Below are positions 26,138 through 35,232 of a DNA stretch of 64,000 nucleotides, piece after piece (within the stretch, counting starts at the first letter, position 1; each line of letters starts with the position of its first letter). This DNA comes from Oscillospiraceae bacterium (GTDB lineage: Bacteria > Bacillota > Clostridia > Oscillospirales > Ruminococcaceae). The stretch covers positions 7,796 to 71,795 of the forward strand of contig WQYC01000006.1 of NCBI GenBank assembly GCA_009781425.1, written 5' to 3'. Both the position numbers and the translations under genes were made by a program. Under the pieces are notes generated by a model. It searched no databases. It was given only the letters and a program-made list of their open reading frames with translations, and had not been told where the DNA came from.

Positions 26138-28314
26138 TACCTCGTCACCTCCGTAGCGAACGAACGCGTGTTGTAGTTAACTGTAACAACCACGCCGTTT
26201 TCGTAAGTAGTTTTGAATACGCCCTCGGCAAGCTGTTCATGTCCGCTCATTTTTTGCCCGCGTATAAGCGTATATAAATCGCCGATTTGCGTTGCTTGGT
26301 CAGCGGCAATATCAAGCCAGTCTGTATAATTTGCCGCGAATATTCCTTCGAGTATAGAACGGTTCAGCTCTGCCGACTGCGCGTAAATCCCGAAATAATG
26401 CGGGAGCGCGCCGTATTCAACCGTGCGGAGCAGTGATAATTGCTTATCCGGCGATAAATTCATCGCGCTTCCCGAATATTCGAGATAGCCGTGAATCACA
26501 AGCTGATAAAAAGGCACTTCGTCGCTTTGCAGGAAGAAGCCCGACGCGTTGAGCGGAACATCATAAAGCACGGGCGCAAGCTCCCAAACGTATGCGTTGC
26601 CGTAGGACAAGGCTAAATTATTATCGCCGTTATTATTAAGCGCCGCGACTAATGCGGGGCCTGTTCTGTCGCGGAAAACAGGCTCATATTGGTTATAATC
26701 GGAATAAACTAACCTGCCCGCGTCAGCTACAGAGACGTAATTGCGCGCTCTTACCTGCGCGAACGAATCCTGCCACAGCGCGGGAGAAAGCAGATACCAG
26801 CGACGTGCGTAGGTGTTGCGCGTGCCGTCCTGTATAAAATAGTCGTATTGGAAGTTCAAGCCGTTTCCTGTCGTACGGGCGGCATCGCGGGAGGCTGAAA
26901 AGCCTCTGCCCGTCTTATAAATCTGCATTATTTCGCCTATTAAAAATGCTTCATCGCCCGTCTGCAAGGACGCCACAAACCGATTCCAGCCTTTTTCGCC
27001 GCCGAGCGAGCTGTTGAAGCTGAAGCTCCGCGTCCACTGCGAGTTGAAGCCGCCTGCCTGCGCGCCTGCAAAGAAAACAGAAAGCGAGCCTACGCCTGCG
27101 TTATCAAGCGCGGCGCGGATTTCCTCCGCTTGCTTGAAGGTAGTCAGCGTGATTTCCCTGTCCATCGGAATTCCGAGGAAGGAGGACGGCTTTTCTACTG
27201 CGCCCATCAGCGTTAAATGCGCGCTTTTGGCGTTATTTGACAACATTTCCGTAAACACGCCCGTGCGCTCTAAATAATCGCGGTAAGCGAACGCCATATC
27301 GGTGTAACGGACATCATCGCCCTCTAAAAGTAAATACCTTACTGTCATAGGCACAACCGCCGTGACAGGCGCGGGAATAGTATAGCTTGTAGACACCGAC
27401 GTTTGGCTGTCGCGCAGGAAAACCCTGCCGACATCGCGGTAGGTGAAAATCGCAGCGTTCTTGAAGTAGCGGTTATTACGGCGCATAACGCCTGTATGTA
27501 CCGACGAAATAAACGAGCTGTCACCCTCAATTACAGCAAGATACGAAGCGTCATTAGTCTTCGCGCCGAACACAGGCATACGATAGCCCTCGGTAACGGA
27601 AACAGATTCAACAGTTCCGATTCCGCGGTCAAAGCCGTAAACAGGATGCGTCATATCTGCAGGGTTGTTATAATCCTTCTTGTAATCAGCAATTACGCCC
27701 GAGCCGTCGGGATAGAACAAAAAGCCGTTGTCGTCAGAAGTTCCGCTGTTGAAATAGGGCAGAAGCATAATCTGATTGACTGTGAATGTGCTTGTTTCCG
27801 TAATATCGCCGGGTGCAACCTGTGCCGTAAAGCCGTCGTCAGTCAGCGTAATATCCACAGGCACTGTAATCCCTTGCCGCTCGTAGCTGAAAATAAAACG
27901 TATGCCGTCGGGAATCGCTTCATAGCGCACGGTATTATTTCTTACGCAATGCTCGTAGGAATGAAGCTCTTGCCTTGAAAGCGAAGAATCAAGCGCAGTT
28001 ACAGTTAAAATCGAAGCAAGATTCGGAATCAGCATATCGTGAACCCAGGCAGAATCCTCGAAGTTTTCGGGCAGACTGCGCCAGATTATCGGATTAACGC
28101 CGCTCGCACTGCGGACTTCAAAAGACGCATACTGCGGGTCAACCCAAAGCGAGTACGAGCCGTTTTGTGCAACCTGCGTCAATTCGGTAATAGTAAGAGG
28201 AGTCCCCGCGGCGGCGCGATACGGCGGCACATCGGGAAACTTCCCCTCAGACGCGGAACACGCAGTCATGAGAAGAGCTAAAACTATTAATAATAAAAGC
28301 AGTCGCCGTCGCAT
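26137..28314 (-). CDS. large lipoprotein of unknown function (DUF5696-like)
   Basis: 725 aa, lipobox LLMTAC. Shares nt 26137 with the downstream permease start. The DUF5696 label is recalled from similar Firmicute loci and is unverified. Confidence 0.6.
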   Translation of the reverse strand: MRRRLLLLLIVLALLMTACSASEGKFPDVPPYRAAAGTPLTITELTQVAQNGSYSLWVDPQYASFEVRSASGVNPIIWRSLPENFEDSAWVHDMLIPNLASILTVTALDSSLSRQELHSYEHCVRNNTVRYEAIPDGIRFIFSYERQGITVPVDITLTDDGFTAQVAPGDITETSTFTVNQIMLLPYFNSGTSDDNGFLFYPDGSGVIADYKKDYNNPADMTHPVYGFDRGIGTVESVSVTEGYRMPVFGAKTNDASYLAVIEGDSSFISSVHTGVMRRNNRYFKNAAIFTYRDVGRVFLRDSQTSVSTSYTIPAPVTAVVPMTVRYLLLEGDDVRYTDMAFAYRDYLERTGVFTEMLSNNAKSAHLTLMGAVEKPSSFLGIPMDREITLTTFKQAEEIRAALDNAGVGSLSVFFAGAQAGGFNSQWTRSFSFNSSLGGEKGWNRFVASLQTGDEAFLIGEIMQIYKTGRGFSASRDAARTTGNGLNFQYDYFIQDGTRNTYARRWYLLSPALWQDSFAQVRARNYVSVADAGRLVYSDYNQYEPVFRDRTGPALVAALNNNGDNNLALSYGNAYVWELAPVLYDVPLNASGFFLQSDEVPFYQLVIHGYLEYSGSAMNLSPDKQLSLLRTVEYGALPHYFGIYAQSAELNRSILEGIFAANYTDWLDIAADQATQIGDLYTLIRGQKMSGHEQLAEGVFKTTYENGVVVTVNYNTRSFATEVTR

Positions 28315-28327
28315 AAATTCACCCGCC

Positions 28328-28954
28328 TTATGGCATAAATCTGATTTCCGTAATCACTGTAGTAATGAAGCTGATTAATTGCTGAAAGGTTGAAAAAAGT
28401 ATAATTCCTATGAAAATCGAAGCGGCGATTCCCGCAATCGTGAATAACGCCATCAGAATCGTCTTGCGCATTGTATAGTCCTGAATTGTCATGTTCCCGA
28501 CTAAGAACAAAAACACGCTCCAAATAACCGCAATGCTTGAAATTAAGTAGTAAAACGTTGCTTCCTCATGCGTCATGATGTACGAGCAAATCATTAAAAC
28601 AGGCATTGACAAAAGCACAGGAACTAACGAATATATGCTCTGCACCCATATTTGCTTCATGGTGGCTTTGCCGTCAAGCAGAGTCGAAAGCGCCCAGTTG
28701 AGAATCGTCCACGCCGCAAGAGGCACAACAAAGCTCGAAACATTGAAAATAATATTGTTGCTGTCGCGGTCTAAAATTCCGTAATGGAAAGACGTAAACT
28801 GAATCGAAAGCACGTTCATGAAGCAAAGCAGTGCAAGAATCAGATTCGCCGCGCCGAGCGTCTTAGGCATATGGTTTTTCAGCTCCCAAAAGCCGTCGTT
28901 CGGATGAAAGAGGATATAAAAGGCGTATTTTACTGTCTTTATTGTTTGAATCAT
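28328..28954 (-). CDS. Yip1-like 5-TM membrane protein
   Basis: 208 aa. Short cytoplasmic N-terminus then five hydrophobic helices. 4-nt overlap with the upstream gene. Confidence 0.6.
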   Translation of the reverse strand: MIQTIKTVKYAFYILFHPNDGFWELKNHMPKTLGAANLILALLCFMNVLSIQFTSFHYGILDRDSNNIIFNVSSFVVPLAAWTILNWALSTLLDGKATMKQIWVQSIYSLVPVLLSMPVLMICSYIMTHEEATFYYLISSIAVIWSVFLFLVGNMTIQDYTMRKTILMALFTIAGIAASIFIGIILFSTFQQLISFITTVITEIRFMP

Positions 28955-30372
28955 GCCTGCGCCCTCCTCTTCTTCGCTTTTTTAACAAGCCGCACAGCAA
29001 CGTTAATCCCGGCAATAAGCAGAAGCGTTCCTATAACAAGCGGCGAGAAATAACGCTTGAACCACTCGTTTCGCAGCTGCCCGAACGCTTGTGAATAGCC
29101 CTCTCTGTCCATGCCGAGCTTGAAATATTCCATTGCCGCCGCGTAGTCCTTGCGCCCGTAGTAAGCCTGCCCAAGCGCACTCCACGCAAGAGTGTTCCCC
29201 GAATCCATTTTCAGAACCTCGCGCCACGGAGCAATGCTTTCCTCGTACTCGCCCATTGTATATAAATGATTCGCAAGCAGAATTTTACTGCCGTAATCAG
29301 TTAATTCAAAAATTGTAAGATTCCCGCGCCCCGCGCAGAGTACATATGCTCTTCCGTCGCGTACGTCAATCGCCTGTGCGTCCGAAAAGAGCCCGATTTG
29401 ATTCCCTCTGCCGCCGAACATGAACAGCATTTGCCCTGTGTTGTCGTAAACGAAAACGCGCCCTGTCGAATTGTCAAGTGCGTAAATATTCTCGTCAGAA
29501 TCAGTACTGACCGACTGGAACTGCGCCATTGTGCCGACTCTTGCAGTTGTTGAGGTTATATCGCCGTAAACCTCTTCTCCGATTCCGTCGTGCCGCAGAA
29601 CATCGCCGCCGATGGCGTTGAGCCTTCGGACTTGCAAAGTCCGAGTATTGCGCGTCGTCACATAAAGGAAGCCCATATCGTCAACGTGAGCGTTTGAAAA
29701 CTCAGTCGGGACAAACTGCTCGCGAGCCTGCCGCTGTGCGCGCGTCAAGAACATACGGTATATAACCTCAATCGGGTTCGGTCTGACCCTGTTGCTCCCG
29801 AAAAAGCGCACAAACTCGCCCTCTCTCGTGAGCTGAATCAGCCCCTCGGTCGAGCCCGCACCCACGACATAAACGTGACCGGCTGTGTCCGCGACGACCT
29901 TCTGCGGTCTGAAGGTCAGCATTGAGCCTGTAAGCTCCACGCTGTCCATTAAGGTAACAAGATTACCTTCCGCGTCAAGCACGACCACCCGCCTGTTCTG
30001 CGTATCGGCAATGAAAATCGTTCCGTCTTCCTCGGCGAAAACGCCCTCGGGTCTGTTAAACGTATGCTGCTGACCGCCGTATACAAAGCCGCTTATGATT
30101 TTGAGTAGGTTTAGCTCGCTGTCTAAAACCAAAATACGGTCGTTGTTAGTATCTGCAATATATGCAAAGCCGTCCAAGCCGAAGCGGAAATCATTCGGCT
30201 TATCCAAGTCACCTGCGCCCAAATCAACGCCCGTGATTACCTTTACGGGAACCATGCAGTCTAACATCGCGTGCGCCGTCTCGTCAACAGGGCTGAAATT
30301 ATAAGTAGAATACGGAGCCATTCCGAGCAAAAGCGGAACAGCAAGAATCAGCGCGGTAAGCCGTTTTTTCAT
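28951..30372 (-). CDS. NHL-repeat beta-propeller / TPR protein with signal peptide and C-terminal TM anchor
   Basis: 473 aa. Repeated D-x-x-N-x-R-[IV]-x-V-[LF]D units (NNDRILVLD, QNRRVVVLD, GRVFVYD). TPR-like YYGRKDYAAAMEYF. TM helix plus KKAKKRR tail. Confidence 0.7.
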   Translation of the reverse strand: MKKRLTALILAVPLLLGMAPYSTYNFSPVDETAHAMLDCMVPVKVITGVDLGAGDLDKPNDFRFGLDGFAYIADTNNDRILVLDSELNLLKIISGFVYGGQQHTFNRPEGVFAEEDGTIFIADTQNRRVVVLDAEGNLVTLMDSVELTGSMLTFRPQKVVADTAGHVYVVGAGSTEGLIQLTREGEFVRFFGSNRVRPNPIEVIYRMFLTRAQRQAREQFVPTEFSNAHVDDMGFLYVTTRNTRTLQVRRLNAIGGDVLRHDGIGEEVYGDITSTTARVGTMAQFQSVSTDSDENIYALDNSTGRVFVYDNTGQMLFMFGGRGNQIGLFSDAQAIDVRDGRAYVLCAGRGNLTIFELTDYGSKILLANHLYTMGEYEESIAPWREVLKMDSGNTLAWSALGQAYYGRKDYAAAMEYFKLGMDREGYSQAFGQLRNEWFKRYFSPLVIGTLLLIAGINVAVRLVKKAKKRRAQA

Positions 30373-30399
30373 GGAATATCTCCTTTCAGTAATTAATCT

Positions 30400-30485
30400 G
30401 TAGGGAACTGCATTTCGGCGTTTTCTTTGGAAACCGCCATGCGTTCCGGTGCGTATTTTGCGGAACGGATTAATCCGTTCCCTAC
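30400..30485. repeat. nested-hairpin intergenic repeat, copy A (86 bp)
   Basis: GTAGGGAAC...GTTCCCTAC terminal inverted repeats enclose two GGAAC-initiated hairpins. Second copy at 55623-55692. Confidence 0.85.
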
Positions 30486-30486
30486 G

Positions 30487-31362
30487 TTAATCTTTTAAAC
30501 CGGAAGATTTCATCGTTTCGATTACGTTGCTCTGCGTGACAATGAAAATCGCAATCGGCGGAATCATCAGCAGTAAGCCTATGACGGCGGTCGCGCCGAG
30601 CCGCGGTAAGCCGCCCTGCATAACGTATGTAAGCGCGAGCGGAAGCGTCTTCTTGCTTTCGGTGGTAATATAGAGCATAACAGCATTTGAGTCGTTCCAA
30701 ATCGCTTGGAACGCGAATAGAATCAAGGTCAGATACGCCGGCTTCACGGACGGCATAACGATGAACCACCATGTCGCCCATTCGTTCGCGCCGTCTATCC
30801 GCGCCGCTTCGAGCGTTGCGTCGTTAATCTGCTCCATGAACTGCTTCATAAGGTACAACCCTAAAGTCGTCACCATTGCAGGAAGCATAACAGCAAGGTA
30901 TGAATCTAACCAGCCGAAGCCCGCGATTTGCAAATAGCGCGGAACGTTCAGGATAATCGGCGAGAACATCAGCGCGAATATAATCATAGTGAAGATGAAC
31001 TTTTGACCCGGAAATTTATGCTTTGCAAGCGGATAAGCGGCGAGCGACGCTAACAAAACGTGCCCCGCTGTCCCGAATACGCTGATAAAAAAGCTGTTAA
31101 ATAAGTACCGCGAAAAAGGCACTGCCGAGCTTGAAACAGCGTTGGATAAGTCTGCAAAGTTACGCAAGGTAGGATTCTGCACAAAGAAGGTCGGCGGGAA
31201 GCGCAAAAGCTCACCCATCGGCTTGAACGCTAAGTTAATCGTATAAATCATCGGTGCCGCCATGAACAAAGCCAAAAGCCCGAGGAAGAACACAACGAAG
31301 AAGTCGCCGAGGCGCGAACGAGTCGCTCTTTTTCCGACTTTACCGCCGAAAAACTTACGCAT
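30487..31362 (-). CDS. carbohydrate ABC transporter permease (MalG-like)
   Basis: 291 aa, 6 TM, EAA loop LEAARIDGANEW. Confidence 0.9.
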   Translation of the reverse strand: MRKFFGGKVGKRATRSRLGDFFVVFFLGLLALFMAAPMIYTINLAFKPMGELLRFPPTFFVQNPTLRNFADLSNAVSSSAVPFSRYLFNSFFISVFGTAGHVLLASLAAYPLAKHKFPGQKFIFTMIIFALMFSPIILNVPRYLQIAGFGWLDSYLAVMLPAMVTTLGLYLMKQFMEQINDATLEAARIDGANEWATWWFIVMPSVKPAYLTLILFAFQAIWNDSNAVMLYITTESKKTLPLALTYVMQGGLPRLGATAVIGLLLMIPPIAIFIVTQSNVIETMKSSGLKD

Positions 31363-32269
31363 TTTTATTCCCCCTTTGCAAAATCGCTCTGACCAACTGG
31401 TTGATTCCGAACGTCACGGAGAATAAAACCACGGCAATAGCACAGGCGTAGCCAAGCTCAAAGCGCGGAGCTAAGGCGTAATCTTCCATGTGCATGATTA
31501 GCGTGTGCGCTGAGTACAGCGGAGAGGGCTTGCCGATAAGCTCCTGGCTGATTGTGCCGACTGCAAACGCGTTGGTAATCTGAATCACCGCGCCGAATAA
31601 AAGCTGTTCCTTCATTGACGGAAGTGTAATATGATAGAGCTCCTGCCAGCGGTTTTTAATTCCGTCGATTGAGCCCGCTTCGTACAAGCTTTTGTCAACA
31701 CCCTGCAAGCCCGCGATAAATGCGAGAAACGCCGTACCGAGCGAAAGCCATAACTGCACGATTATAACTACCATTAATGTATACTGCGTATCGTGCCGCC
31801 ATAAAATCGGCTCGGTAATGAAGCCGAAGTTCATAAGAAAAGTATTCAAAAGCCCGTTCGCGTCGGAAGAGAAAATATACTGCCAAATGAAATATACGTT
31901 CGCTGACAGGCTCGGCGCGTAGAACAGTAAAGTCGCCCAGGCACGAAGCTTCGGACCTAAGTCGTTGATAAACCACGCGATTAACAGGCAGGCAACGTAG
32001 CTGATTGGTCCTGTAATAAACGCAAAAACAAAGGTATTACGCAGTGAAATCAGAAATACCTCGTCCTCTAAGAAAAGGCGCAGATAGTTGTCAAACAGGT
32101 TCTGAATCCCGAAAAGCCGCGGTGCCTGCATGACGTTATAACTTGTTAAGCTGTAGAATACTGCAATAAAAACAGGAATAACAGTGAGAATAAAAAACAG
32201 GATAATAAACGGCGCAAGCATCATATAAGACGTGCGATGCCTTTTAAGTTTTTCAAGCATTTTAAGCAT
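31355..32269 (-). CDS. sugar ABC transporter permease (MalF-like)
   Basis: 304 aa, 6 TM, EAA loop LYEAGSIDGIKNRWQELYHITLP. Confidence 0.9.
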   Translation of the reverse strand: MLKMLEKLKRHRTSYMMLAPFIILFFILTVIPVFIAVFYSLTSYNVMQAPRLFGIQNLFDNYLRLFLEDEVFLISLRNTFVFAFITGPISYVACLLIAWFINDLGPKLRAWATLLFYAPSLSANVYFIWQYIFSSDANGLLNTFLMNFGFITEPILWRHDTQYTLMVVIIVQLWLSLGTAFLAFIAGLQGVDKSLYEAGSIDGIKNRWQELYHITLPSMKEQLLFGAVIQITNAFAVGTISQELIGKPSPLYSAHTLIMHMEDYALAPRFELGYACAIAVVLFSVTFGINQLVRAILQRGNKNA

Positions 32270-32286
32270 AACCTGTTCCTCCTGTC

Positions 32287-35166
32287 CTAATCTTCCAAGC
32301 CGAGCTCAATGCGCTTACGCAGAATCTCGGAATTTATTACTTCTGCGTATTTCCGCATAGCGGCACGCGGCGTAACGCCGCCAAGCACGATTTCGTTAAA
32401 TGCGTTGGCAGTGTGCCGTCCGATGAAGTACGAGCCGGGAACGCCCGGAAATTCATTTATATTCGAGAGCGATTCCATAATCGTGTCATAAGAGTGCTTA
32501 TCCCACGGAATCGAGCGCAGTGCCTCGACATTGGCGGTGCTGTAGCGCGCCGCAGGTCCGAACATCGCTTCAAGCTCAAGCGCGAAAATTACTTGTATTT
32601 CCTCTGACATAAACCACTGAATAAATTCCCACGAATCATCAACCCGCGCAGGGCGCGACTTCGTGATGAATCCGCTCGTAGACGCGACTGTAGGCCACGC
32701 GCCGGCAGAGGTAATTATAGAGCGGTCAATTGTGCCGTCTTCTTGCCTTACGCCCGGCACGGGGTACATCGCCCAGTTGCCTTTAATTTCTAATGCGGCG
32801 TAGTCAAGCATATTAAACAAGCTGTAGTCGTTAATTCCGATGGGCATTTCGCCTGTGCGGAAGCGGTTGAAGAAGTCGATTTGCACAGGTGCGCCGTGCA
32901 GAGTAAACAAATTCGTCCATTCGGTTAAAGCGGCGATTCCGATTGCATCATCAAGGACTGTCGCGCTTAAACCTTCATTAAAGAAACAACCGCCGTTTTG
33001 CCGCACGAAAAGCGGTAATAAATCCCCCGCGGCAGACACCTGCAAATTATGCACGCCGAGCGCGCCGATAACAGAATAAAAATCGTCCCACGTTTCGGGA
33101 ATCGTTAGCCCCAAGTCACTGAAAATATCATTACGCACAAACATAACAGGTAACTGTTGAATTACAGGGAAGCCGTAAACCGCGCCGTCCCACGAGTTCG
33201 GAAGCATTGACGTGGGGGCGAAGCGTTTCTCGAATTCATCGTAATTCGGTAACTGCGACAAGTCAACTGCAGAATCACGCAAGCCGAAGTCAAGCGGATA
33301 GCCCTTCGCTATGCTCAAACAAACATCAGGTCCTGTTTTCGCAGCGATATTAAAGAACATCAGGTTCTCGTTGAAAATAATATTGTAGTTGACCTTGATT
33401 CCTGTTTCGGGGGTAAACCGCTCGTCAATCAGGCGTTTCAACAGCTCGGAAGCATCCTTACCGTACATTCCCCAAACCTCAATCAGCCTGTCTTCATCTT
33501 CATTATAGCTGTTGCCTGCGTTTTCCGCGCGCGAAGTGAATGAAGCGAAAAACCGCTGAAGCGCGAAGATGATTCTGCGGAAGAAGCCGGGGCGCACGGG
33601 CGGGAAATCTGTTTCGGGCGCGGAAATGCTCACAGAATACATAGAAAGCGGCATTTCCGAAGCGATTAATATCCAAATCGCAAGGTTTGTGATGTTGTCC
33701 TTGAAGCGCGGCAGGCGGCCCGGTATACTGTCGGGGCGTTTTACAAAGTCATGAAGCTGTGACGCCATGATTGAAATTGAAAGCGCGTCGTTGCGTCCTC
33801 CGCCGAGCGCAGTTATATCCGCGCTGACCTCGTCAAGCTGTTTCGCGAGCTCGGCAAACTGCGGCATGATATGCGGCAAACGCTCGTCAATACGGTAGTC
33901 GCGCATATTATCGGGATAAGGCCCTGTAACCATGATAATCTGTGTGTATATCGCTGACAGCTCGCTCGAAATTTCAGAGACTCGGCGGCAAATATCGGCT
34001 GTTTGACCGAGGGTAACAGTAAGGCTGATTTCATGCCTGCCTGCTGTGAGGTAAACCAACGCTTCCTCGTCGTCTACGTTCAGCGTTAGTCTCTGCCAGT
34101 TTGAGTTATACGGGAAAACGACTTCCATTGCTTCGGCGAAAGGAACTTCGCCGTTAATCGCGAGAATCCGCGTAACGGGCAAGCCGACAACTGCGTCCTG
34201 TTTATAAACAAAGCTCAATGAATAAAGCCCGTCAGCAGGGACTTCCATTTCCCACGCAATCATCTGTCCGGGCATACACCACATATCGCCGCCCATGACA
34301 TTATAGGAAATAGTGCTCAAGCTGAAAGGCTCTAAAAGAGGATTTGTTAAGTCAACAATAGGTAAAAGCGAGGGAGAATTACGCAGTGAGGAATCCACCG
34401 CAAGCACCGTAACAGGCTCTGCGCTTGCAATATCCGCGGGATTATACGAAGCTGAAAGCTCCGCATAGGTAAGCAGGCGCGGCGGAGGCGTAAGCTTGAT
34501 TTCGCTGATTACAACAGGCTCTCTGACCGAACGCAGGGTGATTTCGCGCGTTCCTGCTTCCAAAAAGAAAGCGAAGGGCTCGGTAAAATAACCTTCTTTA
34601 TCTGAAATATACTGCTCGCGCCACATTAATTCCTCTTCGCTGAAAGGACGGAGCATATTCCCCATGTTGTCAAAATCGCGCTCTTCATTGGCGTAACGCC
34701 AAGAACGCGTAAACTGAATAACCTGCGCTTCGCGGAACGGCACGACGCCGTCGATTTCCACCGAAAACTCAATATTAGCGCGGCTTCCCGTTACTGCGGC
34801 ATAAAGCACAGAAATGCAGTAACGTCCGTCGCGCGGAATATCAACTTCGTAAGTAACAAAGCCGTCTTCCATTGAAATAACAGCTTCGGTTATATCTAAG
34901 TAGCCGCGCGGCATTTCGGTTATGCCCGCCGCGTCTGAATATGTATTAGCAGGGAGAATTATTTCACTGTCGGGAGTCAAAGCGTCTTCAACTGCGCCGA
35001 GCGCGACATATGATTGCTCGTGCGAAGCCAAAGGCAAATCGTACTTTTGCGATAGGTGCGACTGATTAACAGCTTCCGCAGGCGATTCTGTTACTGCCGA
35101 AGCCGTAATTTGCAAAAGCATAAACGCACACAGCATTAACGCTGTCAGCCGTTTGATTCGTGTCAA
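32287..35166 (-). CDS. giant extracellular solute-binding protein with two N-terminal CBM-like domains
   Basis: Start moved to TTG 35166, 5 nt after GGGGGTG. This gives the signal peptide MTRIKRLTALMLCAFMLLQITASA. Two internally similar ~170-aa beta-rich modules precede a C-terminal ~450-aa family-1 SBP-like region. Confidence 0.75.
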   Translation of the reverse strand: MTRIKRLTALMLCAFMLLQITASAVTESPAEAVNQSHLSQKYDLPLASHEQSYVALGAVEDALTPDSEIILPANTYSDAAGITEMPRGYLDITEAVISMEDGFVTYEVDIPRDGRYCISVLYAAVTGSRANIEFSVEIDGVVPFREAQVIQFTRSWRYANEERDFDNMGNMLRPFSEEELMWREQYISDKEGYFTEPFAFFLEAGTREITLRSVREPVVISEIKLTPPPRLLTYAELSASYNPADIASAEPVTVLAVDSSLRNSPSLLPIVDLTNPLLEPFSLSTISYNVMGGDMWCMPGQMIAWEMEVPADGLYSLSFVYKQDAVVGLPVTRILAINGEVPFAEAMEVVFPYNSNWQRLTLNVDDEEALVYLTAGRHEISLTVTLGQTADICRRVSEISSELSAIYTQIIMVTGPYPDNMRDYRIDERLPHIMPQFAELAKQLDEVSADITALGGGRNDALSISIMASQLHDFVKRPDSIPGRLPRFKDNITNLAIWILIASEMPLSMYSVSISAPETDFPPVRPGFFRRIIFALQRFFASFTSRAENAGNSYNEDEDRLIEVWGMYGKDASELLKRLIDERFTPETGIKVNYNIIFNENLMFFNIAAKTGPDVCLSIAKGYPLDFGLRDSAVDLSQLPNYDEFEKRFAPTSMLPNSWDGAVYGFPVIQQLPVMFVRNDIFSDLGLTIPETWDDFYSVIGALGVHNLQVSAAGDLLPLFVRQNGGCFFNEGLSATVLDDAIGIAALTEWTNLFTLHGAPVQIDFFNRFRTGEMPIGINDYSLFNMLDYAALEIKGNWAMYPVPGVRQEDGTIDRSIITSAGAWPTVASTSGFITKSRPARVDDSWEFIQWFMSEEIQVIFALELEAMFGPAARYSTANVEALRSIPWDKHSYDTIMESLSNINEFPGVPGSYFIGRHTANAFNEIVLGGVTPRAAMRKYAEVINSEILRKRIELGLED

Positions 35167-35183
35167 GAAAACACCCCCGATAG

Positions 35184-35229
35184 ACAATTTACAATTAACA
35201 ATGTACAATGAACAATGAATTTACAATTA
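35184..35229 (+). repeat. tandem heptamers ACAAT(T/G)N, 5 + 1 units (array 2)
   Basis: Plus strand reads ACAATTT ACAATTA ACAATGT ACAATGA ACAATGA attt ACAATTA. Lies in the 66-nt gap between the GH5 stop and the SBP start. Confidence 0.8.
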
Positions 35230-35232
35230 GAA

